From Eledone cirrhosa (lineage: Eukaryota), in the NCBI GenBank assembly GCA_964016885.1, contig OZ024740.1, forward strand, positions 222,642,001 through 222,706,000: 64,000 bases of DNA, read 5' to 3'. The translations under genes and the position numbers were made by a program. Shown in pieces: positions 13,426 to 25,493 of this stretch. How positions within the stretch are numbered: position 1 is the stretch's first letter; every line of letters starts with the position of its first letter. The notes under the pieces were generated by a model, which did no database searches, was not told the DNA's origin, and worked only from the letters and a program-made list of their open reading frames with translations.

Positions 13426-13701
13426 GAAATAATTGTCATTCCTTTCTGTCTCTATAGAAATATGTGCCGATTCATTTTCACTGCATGTAAACTTCAAAAC
13501 AATGTACGGGCATGGCCTTGTGGTTAAGGAATTTCCTTCATCACCACATGGTTATGCACTGAGTCCTGCTGTGTTCATTCATACTGTACAGCATATTGTG
13601 CAAGACTCTCATACTACACTTCCATGTTAAACAGTGACTTTTGAGGGGAATTTTGAAGACAGAATCTGCGGAAGCTTGTTATATATATAAATATATATAT
13701 A

Positions 13702-13800
13702 GTAATAATAATAAATTTGAAGACCAAAATCCAAAGAGGGCTCGATAAGGGTGAAAGCAGCGATTCTTTGCTTAAACTTTAATCTGTTATTTTAATAAAT
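13702..13800. mobile_element. Penelope-like mini insertion with inverted junction
   Basis: 13702-13750 matches 36191-36238 in the same orientation; 13746-13800 matches the opposite strand of about 36277-36335; joined at TAAGG and flanked by (TA)n. Confidence 0.55.
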
Positions 13801-13843
13801 ATATATATATATATATATTTCGAATATGGTTCATTATTATTAA

Positions 13844-13960
13844 TCCCGCCGAGGTTAACTTTGCCTTTCATCCTTCCGGGGTCGATAAAATAAAGTACCA
13901 GTAATGCACTGGGTAATTGCTGGCCTTGTGCCAAAAGTAGAAACAAATATTATTATTATC
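13844..13960 (+). mobile_element. SINE family A, 5'-truncated
   Basis: tcccgccgaggttaactttgcc...gaaacaaatattattatt. Confidence 0.85.
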
Positions 13961-14313
13961 ATGATTTTCTGTCAATTAAAGTAATCTCTTTTTGTTTCCT
14001 TCCAACCCAACCATGCCTAATCCATGCATTCCTTTCACAGATCGTCGTTTCTCCCAATTTTTTTCCTCCTTCATCTCAAAATGTTCTTTTCTCTTTCACT
14101 ATGTCCCAACTCGCCTCTTGTCACCATTGCCACACCAACCAATCATACCTCTGTAGCACAAACTAACTCAATCTCCTAGGACAGTTGTTTTTTGATCTGA
14201 TGTTTGTTTCTGTATGGTTTATGGATTACTAAGTTGGAGCATTACTAATCGACAAATATGAACCCACCAACCACCTCTGAACAATGATGCAATCACTCTT
14301 CTTTATTTCAGAC

Positions 14314-16115
14314 ATGGAAAACCAACTCCAACTCTCCTCTCCCACCCCCACACACTCTCCATAACTTCAGACTTTGCACCATCAACGTTGGCACGATGAA
14401 AGGTAGATCCAAAGAGATTGTAGAAATGAATGAAAGTCGATGTGTGCTATGTACAAGAGACTAGATGGAGAGGTATCTCAGCTAGATTCCTCGTAGGCAA
14501 AAAACGATGCTACAATTTTTTCTGGGTGGGAAATGACGACATGCTGGGTGGAGTAGGGATTTTGGTAGCAGAAAAGTGGGTAAACAAAGTTATTGCTGTA
14601 AATAGAGTAAATGGCAGAATAATTAAACTTAGATTTGTACTAAACATAACAACCATAACAATTAAATCTGCCTATGCTCCTCAATTTGGACTTCCAGCCA
14701 GACGTACAAAAAGGCAGGTTCTATGAGTACCTAATGCTCACTTACCTCCCAAATTAACGACAACAACTTCCAACTCATGCAGGTGACTTCAACAGATATG
14801 TGGGACAACTCTGCGATGGTTTTAATGGGATCCACAGGCGTTACGGGTACAATACTAGAAAGGAGAAGGCTTCAGACTGGAATTATGTGAAGCCAATGAC
14901 CTATTTATCTGTAACACGAAGTTCAGAAAATGAGACAGTCACTTAATCACATATAGATCAGGTGACCTCACCAGCCAAATTGATTTCATTATTACTGGAA
15001 GACGAGACAGATTGACTGTTAGAAACACAAACTCCCTCCCCAGTGAAGAATGAACTTCCCAACATAACTTAGTAGTTGGCGACCTTATAGTCAGGGCTAG
15101 AAGAACTCGACAACCGAAGCCAACTTAGAGATGAGTATGGAACTTAAAAGACCCATGCAGCAGTGACAAATGTATAAGTATGTTGACTGATGCCTTCAAC
15201 AGCAATGAAGAGCAAATAGAGACACACAATATAGAGGAGCAGTGGGAGTTCCTGAAAGATAACCTACTGCAGGCAACAGATGAAATCTGTGGTTGGAGTA
15301 GGTCCCTTGGGAGATGGGGAGTGACTTGGTGGTGGAGTAGTAAAGTAGATGAGACAATTAAGGCCAAAAGAAAGTCTTAGATATATTGGTATAATGTGGG
15401 TAGCAGGGAAGTTTACCAGAAGGCTAGGGGAGAAGCTAGGCGACAAGTTTACCTCGCTAGAAGGGAAACAGAAGACAACAAATTAAGCATGCTTTGCAAT
15501 GTGAGGATCAAATATGTGAGGTGTTCAGGATTGCTAGACAGTGTGTCAGGTAGAATTGTAATGTTGGTGGAGAGAAGTGTGTCAGAAATGATTTTGGCGA
15601 ACTTGCCCTCACTGATGCTGTAAAGATGGTAGCATGGAAGTGCCACTATGAATGAGGAGAATGCATGGGATAAAGACAGTCTGTCACATGTCGACCCAAC
15701 AGTGGGACTGGCTGTACAAGTTAGTGGTAGTATTGTAAGTAAAGCAATGAAGGATATGAAGTCGGGCAGGGCAGCTGGCCCCTTAGGGATAGTTGCTCAG
15801 ATGCTGAATACTTCATGTTTGGTGGGCCACTCCATAGTCTCCCGCATTGTAAACCAAGTCATACAAAAGGGTGTCATACCCAATGACTGGTGTAAAGTGG
15901 GCATGTAGGTGTAACGACAAAAAGTGCCCAGTCCACACCGTAATGTGGTTGTGTAGGTGACACAACAAAAAGCACCCAGCACACAATGTAAATGTGGTTG
16001 GCGATAGAAATGGCACCCAGCTGTAGAAATGAAGCCAACTCTGCCCCGGGTGAGCAAAACATGGTCCTCTGACCTATTTTTTAACTAAGGGTCAATCCAT
16101 TCTACCCATAAATGA
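14314..16115 (+). mobile_element. RTE LINE copy A: AP-endonuclease region, RT internally deleted, 3' UTR retained
   Basis: FRLCTINVGTMKGRS, VQETRW, GGVGIL, SAYAPQ, AGDFN and IDFI endonuclease motifs with frameshifts; at 15891 VIPNDW switches into the 3' UTR repeats. Confidence 0.9.
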
Positions 16116-16206
16116 TGGACACTAATCCACGAGGTCGATCATATATTTGTGTGTGTATATATATATATATATGAAGCGTGTATGTGAATGATATGTGTAT
16201 GTATAT

Positions 16207-17900
16207 TACCTCCAGTAGATCCTCCGACAGAGGGACCAGCTACTGAGATTGATGAATATAGGGTCCAAGAAGCGATTAAGGAAATGAAAAATGGTAAGGC
16301 CGCTGGACCGTCGGGGATAGTTGCAGAGATCCTAAAGGCATCAGGGGACGTGGGCACTAAACTGGTTGCATGCATCATCAATCATGCTATATATGGCAGT
16401 GTCATACCCAAAGACTGGTGCAGCAGTATTCTCATAAATTGCTACAGAGGTAAAGGGGATGCTCTGGAGAGGAGAAATTATAGGCGCATAAAACTGATGG
16501 ATCAGGTCATGAAAGTGGCAGAAAGGATATTAGCGCAACTAATTAGAGAAAGGGTCAAACTAGATGTGATCCAGTTTGGTTTTCTGCCTGGGAAAAGTAC
16601 AACGGATGCCCTCTTCTTGGTGAGACAATTGCAAGAGAGGTTCTTAGAGAAGAATAAGCCACTATACTTAGCTTTTGTTGACTTAGAGAAGGCCTTAGAT
16701 AGGGTACCCTGATCTGTCATCTGGTGGTCCCTAAGGAAACTAGGTGTAGAGGAATGGCTTGTGAGGACAGTGCAAGCTATGTACAGGGGTGCTCTCAGTA
16801 AAGTGAGGGTAGGAAAGGAGTTTAGTGAGGAATTCCAGATACAAGCATGAGTACATCAGGGTTCTGTCCTCAGCCTGCTCTTGATCATTATAGTCCTCCA
16901 AGCCATAACATAGGAGTTTAAGACTGGCTACCCATGGGAACTACTCTATGCTGATGATCTGATTCTTATAGCAGAATCAGTAGAGGAGCTAGAGAATAAA
17001 TTCTGGCTATGGAAACAGCAGTTGGAAAGAAGAGGACTGAGAGTGAATCTAGATAAAACAAAAGTGTTGATAAGTAGAAAAGAGGACAAAACTCTGATTC
17101 CATCAGGGAAATGGCCATGTTTGATATGCAGAAAAGGAACTGGCATAAATTCTATAAAATGCACACAATGCAGATCCTGGGTACACAAGAGATGTAGTGG
17201 GATAGCAGGCAAACTAACAGGTAGGGAGAAATACGTATGCAGTAGATGTACAGGGATATTAGACAGTAGAAGTCGCATTGATAGACACATTTTTTAAATG
17301 CAGGCGGGTGCTATAGAAGTGGTTAGCCTCCGGTACCTAAGAGATCAGATTAGCATGGCAGGGAGGTGTTCCGAGGCCATAGTATCTAGAATAAGGACGG
17401 GTTGGAAGAAGTTTAGGGAGCTGATGAAGAAGGTTTCTCCCTGCGTACGAAAGACCGGTTATATGATGCCTGTGTGAGGTGCACGATGCTGCATGGTAGT
17501 GAGACATGGGCAGCAACTACAGAGGATATGCGATGGCTGGAGAGAAATGAGGCAAGCATGCTCCGTTGGATGTGCAATGTCAATGTGTGTGAACGGCCGA
17601 GCATGGATGAGTTGAGAGAGAAACTGTGTCTGAGAGGGATAAATTGTTGTTTGCGGGAGAGGAGACTGCGATGGTATGGACATGTGATGAGCATGGAGGA
17701 TGACCGATGGGTGAAGAAGTGCCAAGAAATGCCAGTTGAAGGAAAACGTAGTAGAGGTAGACCACGAAAAACATGGACGGAGTTGGTGAGAGCAGACCTC
17801 AGATCACGGTCGAGATGACAAGTGGAGAGATGTTGTGCTGAATAGGACCCGTCCACCCTTGCACACAGGGAAAGTGGACGTAAAATGATGATGGTGATGG
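16207..17900 (+). mobile_element. RTE LINE copy B (5'-truncated, distinct subfamily with short 3' UTR)
   Basis: GKAAGPSG, NYRRIKL, QFGF, AFVDLEKALDRVP, HQGSVLS, LLYADD, PHD-type cysteines, RLRWYGHV, GRPRKTW, (gat)n tail. Confidence 0.95.
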
Positions 17901-17984
17901 TAATATGTATATGCATGCAAATATATATATGTGTGTACGTCATTATCATGAAATGTGCATGCATATCTATATATATGTATATTA

Positions 17985-18350
17985 TGCTGGTACCATAAAA
18001 CATCCACACCACACTGTAAAGTGATCATGTAGGTGTCACAACAAAAAGCACCCAGCACACACTGTCAATGTCGTTGGCATAAGGAAGGGTATCCAGCTGT
18101 AGTAAACCAGCCCCAAAAGCACCCAGCCCACACTGTAAAGTGGACCTGTAACAGACATGTCAAAAAGCACCCAGTACACACTGTCAATATGGTTGGTATA
18201 AGGAAGGGCATCCACCTGTAGTAATCCAACCAGAATCATTCCTATATGTGTGAGACATCGTCATCTGATCCAACTTGCCTCTAAATGGGACAAACCCATC
18301 TAACCCATGCTAGCATGGAAGATAGATGTTAATTGATGATTATGATGATA
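17985..18350 (+). mobile_element. RTE 3' UTR / SINE B fragment with duplicated repeat block
   Basis: Four aaaagcacccag..cacactgt-type units, two aaggaaggg.atcca.ctgtag blocks, aacccatgctagcatggaag tail. Confidence 0.85.
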
Positions 18351-19894
18351 CATTCATGAGATTTACTTTATATATATATATGAATATATCCTTATGTTTG
18401 TGGCTGCATTTATTTCCCATAACTTAGCAGTTCAATAAAAAGAATGATATAATATGTACCAGACTTTCTAAGTAGTTGGGTGTCAACACTCTCCAAGTAT
18501 ATCAAATTAGTGCGCCAGCATGGCCACAGTATAATGAACCCAGTAAAATAATAAATTACTATGTACTTATATATACGTACATATGCATACTTACATATAT
18601 ACATACCTAAATACACACACATGAATACTTTCATATATATTCACACACACACGAATATATATATATATATAAATTCATACAGATCTTGATAACGGAGTAA
18701 AAGAGAGAGAATGTTTGTATGTTTTCATATGTGTTTTTGAATTTAACAAAGGGTATGTCTCAAGGTTAAACAAATAGATTCCAATACTTTTTTCTCTCTT
18801 TTGAGAATTTTCCGTTTTTCCTTTGATACTATTTGTTTCTATTCTTTTACATTTGTATGTGGACCTTACACAGTTTCTTGTTTTATGGAGAGAATATGCT
18901 TAACCTCAGGCTATAATGGTGAACCTCTTTGTATAAGAAATATAATGTCTTGTAATTATTTCAAATATCAGAATATGTTTTTAATCTTTATGTAAATTGT
19001 TCATTCAAAACAAGGAAGTATTATCAGCAATTTTACTTGTAATTGAGGTACAATCCTCTATTTCTTAAATAAGAATTTTTATAGCATATATTTTTCTAGT
19101 GTGTGCCTACAACTATTCTGTATTGTCTAATAGTTTTGTTCACACATTGAGCACAGTGGTGCACTATTGAGGTATGGAATGTAGTTAGATAAACCATATA
19201 CAGAATAAAAATTTATTAAAAAATGTGAAAAATATTAACTGAGATTCTATGCCATATTTCTAATATATTAAGAAAGAAATCATTATTTAACTCTATCAAT
19301 ACTATATTTCTAATAAAAAAAAATACTACCTATGATTTTCAAATAATTTTTAAAATGGTCAAACATTTTTATGGATTTAGTACTATAACTAATTTACTTG
19401 TTATTAAACTGGTGTTTGAAGCATAATTTAACAAATTGTTATGCATGAAATTATAATTGAAGAAAGTTAGATAAATTTAAACACTTTGAAACATTTTAGT
19501 ATCAAAGGCAGTTTGGTGTCAAAAGTGTTAATATTCTGTATTTTAAGTTGGCACTAGCTCTCTCCTAGCATGACACAACTTAATTGTTCAACTATATACC
19601 ATTATCTCTGTTCACACTAATATTTACTGTTTCCTCTCATATTCATACTCTATCTTCGTTTAACATCTATATCATCAGCCACTTCAGATTACATTCTGAT
19701 ATCTTATATTGAAAGAACAGTGATAGTAAAGAGTGGAGAGGAGTTTTCCATCATGTATGAGCAAGTAATCTCTCTAGGGTTGGTGCCATAATAAAAATAA
19801 TCCATAGACATTCTGTAAGGCATGTGACAACCACACAGATATAGCATAGAATAGAGTAGACACTTTAGAGCTTTTGAGAGTATCACAACCTCCC

Positions 19895-20104
19895 TAGGAG
19901 TGGTGGGTGAAGAAGTGCTAGGAAATGCCAGTGGAAAGAAGCTGCAGTAGAGGTAGCCCTAGAATTACCTGGGAAGGGTTAGTGAGAGCTGACCCCAAAT
20001 CACTGAGACTCACAGAGGAGATGATGAAGAAACACGGTGAGTAAAGATATGCTATGCTGAAAAGAACTTGTCCAACCCATGCAAGCATGGATGATGATGA
20101 TGAT
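19895..20104 (+). mobile_element. RTE LINE 3' end fragment (copy B-like subfamily)
   Basis: WVKKC*EMPVE..SRG.PR.TW..LVRAD followed by aacccatgcaagcatgg(atg)n. Confidence 0.85.
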
Positions 20105-21230
20105 GAAATTGAAGAGAGACTGTGTTACACCCTCTTCTGTAATCAGTAAAGTTATCCATGATACATTTTAATAAGACAATATTATTATGGCAAAATGTTA
20201 CGAAAATGGAAAAAAGAGAAAATTAGCCATGGAACTGTAAACTTATGGTGCTAATATATGAACGTGTATATAAGCGATGTGATATAACATATGGATGCTA
20301 ACCGGAAGTTGGCATTTAATAATTTTGTAAGAAGTGAATCTTAAAATAAGCAATCATTATATATAAGAATATTTATGTTGCATCAAGAGCTATGAAATTT
20401 AGTAGATAAATTACATATTATTCATTCATGATTTATTCAAAGTAATCCAACTTATTTTAATAATGTGTTTAGAAAAAATATCCCTGAAAGTCTCACAGTC
20501 CTCCAATCATTATATATAAGATTAACTCTCTGCTTCTTAAGGATACAGACTACAGTGTAATACCAAAAGTACAATACCACACCGGCAACTGGACCCACTT
20601 AAACATCGAGTGCTTCAACTGGTGAACAAATAGAAACTTAATATTACACACCAACAAACTATATATATATAATGTATATAAGAGCAGAAAAAGCACCCTT
20701 TGAGTGGTTTTCTGCTAGCATGTATTATGTGGATATTGATATTATACACAAATATATATGCATGTAGATATGATACATCAAATGAAATCATAATTGACAA
20801 TATGCACAGAAATTGAAGTGAGACTGCGTTACACTGTCTTCTGTAATCAGTAAAGTAATCCATGATACATTAAAAAAGACGATATGATATATAAACTGCA
20901 TTACAGTGAAATGTAATGAAAACAGAAATATAAACACTATGATATAACGATGCAAATATATGGACGTTTAAGTAAGCAATATGTGATATAGTGTCCATTA
21001 TATCATAACTGGAAGTATTAACATTTGAAAATTTTAAAAGAAGTGAATCTTAAAATAAGCAATCATTATATATAAAAATATGCTAAATCAACAGCTACAA
21101 AATTTAGTACATACATTATATAATATTCATTAATTATTTATTCGAAGTCATCCAACTTATTTTACTAACGTTATTGAAAAATATAAAATGGACGCTATCT
21201 TGCACTCTTCTCTTTATTATAGTATATAGA
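20105..21230 (-). mobile_element. Two diverged direct copies (20105-20521 and 20809-21230) of a Helitron-like 5' segment
   Basis: Both share gaaattgaag.gagactg.gttacac..tcttctgtaatcagtaaag and about 350 bp after it; minus-strand starts A|TCTTATATATAAT and A|TCTATATACTATAAT. Confidence 0.5.
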
Positions 21231-21982
21231 TACATATATAATGTGATAACTTGAAAATCATATGTAATGAGTGAAAGCATTCAATACCATAATTGTGGAA
21301 ATTTTGCATATTTCATTGTGCATGACTGATGAGTACAACATGTTTGCTCAGCAGTAATATAGAACAAAAAATGAACGATACAACTTGTAAATATTGTACA
21401 CATATGTTCTTTTGATTAAGCTATATCATCATCATCGTCGTCATTATTATTTTATGCTTGTTTTGAGCTTGCAAGTGTTGGATGGTTTCTCATGCTTTGT
21501 GAGCATGTTTTGCAAAAACCTGTCTTACATGTACATTCCACTTTTAGCATATATATATCTGTGTGTGTGTGTTGTGATTGACAAGAGAAAATATAAGTTA
21601 AGTCCCTGGTCGAGAATATGGCAACCTTCCTAGCTCTGGTGCCATGATAGAATGCACCCAGTACAGACTAAACTTTTTAAAGTGGACAATGTAGAAGTTG
21701 AAATGACTCTCTAGTCAGGCTGTACAAGCAATAACATCTCTTGTGCTGCTGCCATAATAAAATGCACCAATACATTCTGTAGAGTGTTAGTGCTGGTGCT
21801 ACATAAAATGTAAGAAGGCTGGATGTGGGAAGGGCATCCAGCTATAGACACTATGCCAAATATGGAAGTTACGATCATAAGGTTTCTGTAACCCATTTTG
21901 TTTCAAACCATAGTAACCGATTCAACCCATACTAGCAAAGAAAGTGGTTATAAAATGATGATGTGTGTGTATATATATATAT

Positions 21983-24900
21983 AATAATTAAAATACGACT
22001 GAACGACAGAATAATTAAAATACGACTTGTGTCTACGGTGACAGTAATATCTGCGTACGCACCCCAATCCGGACTGCCCGGCACTATAAAAGACAGATTC
22101 TATGAGACACTGACGCTAACTACCTCCCAAATATCCGACAGTGACTATATAATTATTGCAGGCGACCTAAATGGTCACGTTGGACAACATTGTGACGGCT
22201 ACGACGAAATCCATGGAGGCTATGGGTTTGGTACTAGAAATGAGGAAGGCTCCAGAATCCTGGAATTCTGTGATGCAAATAACCTAACTATCTGTAACAC
22301 TAACTTAAAAAAACGTGACAATCACCTGATCACCTATACATCCGGGGAACACACAAGCCAGGTAGATTATATCCTTACCAGAAGACGTGACAGAGTGTCT
22401 GTTGTAAACACTAAATCCCTCCCCCATGAAGAATGCACCTCCCAACATAGACTGATAATTAGCGACCTCATAGTCAGGACGAGACTTACTCGACAGCAGA
22501 AGAGGACTATCCTCAGGAGAAAAATATGGAAGCTAAAGGACCCCACAGCCAGAAATAAATTTCAAAGCATATTACTTGATGCTTTCGACAGTAAGGAAGA
22601 ACATTTAGAGTCGGACAATATAGAGGGACAGTGGGAATTTCTGAAAGCAAACCTGCTGATGGCGACGGACGAAGTCTGTGGCTGGAGCAGGCCTGTAGGC
22701 AGGAGGAGAGTAACATGGTGGTGGAACAGTAAGGTGGAGGGGTCAATTAAGGCCAAAAAGCAGGCTTGGAAAGTATGGCAGGATGGGGGAAGTAGAGAAT
22801 ACTATCAAGTGGCCAGGAGGGAAGCTAGGAGACAAGTGTACTTAGCAAGCAGGGAAGCTGAGGAAAGAAAGTTCAAGCATGTTCTACAATGCGAGGACCA
22901 GAAACGTGAGGTGTTCAGGATTGCTAGGTAATGCGTCAAGGAAAACCGTGATATTGTCGGGGAGAAGTGTGTACTTAACGATGATGGCATACTTGCCATC
23001 ACCGACGCTGATAAGAAGGTAGCTTGGAAGTGTCACTATGAAAGGCTACTAAATGAGGAGAATAAATGGGAGAAAGACAGTCTCCCCCATATCGACCCAA
23101 TAGAGGGACCAGCAGTGTTAGTCGAGGGGAGTATAATAAGTAAGGCAATCAAGGATATGAAGACGGGTAAGGTGGCTGGGCCTTCGGAAATAGTTGCTGA
23201 GATGCTGAAGGCATCTGGCACGGTGGGACATACCATGGTCACCCGCATAGTTAACCAAGTCGTACAGAATGGGGTTGTTCCGAAGGACTGGCATAGCAGC
23301 ATCATCGTTAACTGTTATAAGGGTAAAGGAGACGCCCTAGATAGGAGTAACTATAGAGGCATTAAATTAATCGACTAGGTCATGAAGGTCACGGAAAAAG
23401 TAATAGCACAACTAATCAGAGAGAGAATTGACCTAGATGAAATGCAGTTCGGGTTTGTGTCAGGCAAAAGTACCACAGACGCTCTTTTCATTGTACGACA
23501 ACTACAGGAGAAGTACCTAGCTAAAGGTAAACCCCTCTACTTAGCTTTTGTCGACTTGGAGAAAGCCTTCGACAGAGTCCCCCGCTCCATTATCTGGTGG
23601 GCTCTTAGAAAACTAGGCGTTGACGAATGGCTGGTGAGAGCTATACAAGCCATGTATAAAGAAACAGTCAGCAAGGTTAGAATTAACAACGAATATAGTG
23701 AAGAGTTTAGCGTAAAAGTTGGCGTCCATCAGGGCTCTGTTCTCAGCCCCCTACTATTTATTATTGCCCTTCAGGCTATAACAGAGGAGTTCAAGACCGG
23801 CTGCCCATGGGAACTCCTATACGCAGACGACCTGACACTCATAGCGGAATCAATGGCCGAGCTAGAGAAGAAATTCCAAACATGGAAGCACGGCCTAGAA
23901 TCAAAAGGACTTAAAATTAACCTGGCTAAGACTAAAGTTCTAGTTTGTAGGAAAGAAAATAAGGTGGCGGTCCCTTCTGGGAAATGGTCGTGCTCGGTGT
24001 GTAGGAAAGGCGTAGGTAGAAACTCCATTTTATGTCCTAAATGCAAAGTATGGGTGCATAAAAGATGTAGTGGGATCACAGGTAAGCTAACTAAGAACAT
24101 AGATTTTACATGTGGCCGGTGCTCTGGTGCAATAAGTAGCAGCAAGTGCCCACAAAATACTAGCTCTTTCAACTGCGCAGAGGGCTCTATAGAAATAGTG
24201 GACAGCTTCCGTTACCTGGGTGATAAAATCAGCAGTGGGGGAGGGTGCTCTGAAAGTACAGTAGCTAGAGTCAGAACTGGTTGGAAAAAGTTCAGAGAGC
24301 TTATACCACTATTAGCTGCTAAAGGGTTCTCACTAAAAATGAAAGGCAGGTTGTACGATGCCTGCATACGAACAGCAATGTTGCATGGCAGTGAAACCTA
24401 GGCATTGTGTGCAGAGGATATACGCAGACTAGAGAGGAACGAAGCTTGCATGCTCCGCTGGATGTGTAACAGTAATATACGTGAACGGCAAAGCATAAAC
24501 GAACTAAGGAAAAAATTAGAAATAAGAGGGATCAGATGTTGTTTACTCGAGAGAAGGCTACGTTGGTATGGACACGTGATGCGCATGAAAGTCGATAGCT
24601 GTATAACAAAGTGCAGGGCAATAAAGATAGACGGTAGCCACGGAATAGGCAGACCTAGAAAAACCTGGGACGAGCTGATAAACTCCGACCTCACACACTT
24701 ACACCTCTCCAAGACAATGTCACTGGACCGAGACCTTTGGCGGTACTCAGTAACAGAGAAGACCCACCTTACCTAAATACATAGTAAAACCTACTACAGC
24801 CAGTAGGCATCTCTAACAAAATACCCCCCCCGTCCCACCACCACCACCCCCACCACATCCACACCACCCCGTTCTATGTAAAGTTATGTTGGTGCCCACC

Positions 24901-25176
24901 ATCCAGGCCGAAACAAATGAGATCGTGTAGGTGTCACGACAAAAAAACACACAGTCCATGCTGTAATGTGGCCGTGTAGGCAACACGGTAAAAACCTCCC
25001 AGACCCACACTGTAAATGTGGTTGGTGTTAGGAAGGGCATCCAACTGTAGAAAACCTGCCAGACAGTCCTATGCGAGCAAGACAATCACTCTTGCCTCAA
25101 GTGGGACTACCCCCGTCCAAACCCATGCAAGCGTGGAACACGGACGTTAAACGTTGATGATGATGATGATGATGAT
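21983..25176 (+). mobile_element. RTE LINE copy C, 5'-truncated, best preserved
   Basis: Endonuclease, RT, C-terminal domain, 3' UTR with C-rich tract and 48-49 bp repeats, (gat)n tail; flanked by (TA)n. Confidence 0.97.
21984..24776 (+). pseudogene. RTE polyprotein (AP endonuclease - RT - PHD-type finger - C-terminal domain), single frame with three premature stops
   Basis: Track ORFs starting at 21963, 23115, 23382 and 24405 are all in one frame; stops at 22929 (TAA), 23376 (TAG), 24399 (TAG); motifs SAYAPQ, AGDLNGHVG, SQVDYIL, SQHRL, VDLEKAFDRVP, HQGSVLSP, YADD, FRYLG. Confidence 0.95.
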
Positions 25177-25493
25177 ATATATATATACACACACACATCA
25201 TCTTCCTCATCATTTAATGCATGCTAGAAAGACATATTTATGTGTGTTTGTTTGTATGTGTGTGTGTGTACGTATGTATATCGTTTTTGTATATGTTTCA
25301 CAAGATTCTTGATGTGAAACGATATTTTGAAACAGATATTGTTGTCTTATAACAAGATTATTCTGCCAATAAAAACACTGACTGTAGAGCATTTTTCATT
25401 TATTCATCTGTCAAAATCATTTTAAGCAACTGTAACCCTTTCAATGAGTTCACTGCAAACATATAACAAATAATTATGCCAAGTCAATTAGTG

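Noticed and set aside
17413-18012. 199-aa minus ORF and similar antisense ORFs over RTE copies
   Set aside because: Antisense shadows of the LINE coding strand
17985-18220. CRISPR-like recurring aaaaagcacccag..cacactgt repeats
   Set aside because: Intervening sequences are homologous to each other rather than unique spacers; they are tandem units of the RTE/SINE 3' module, and there are no cas genes
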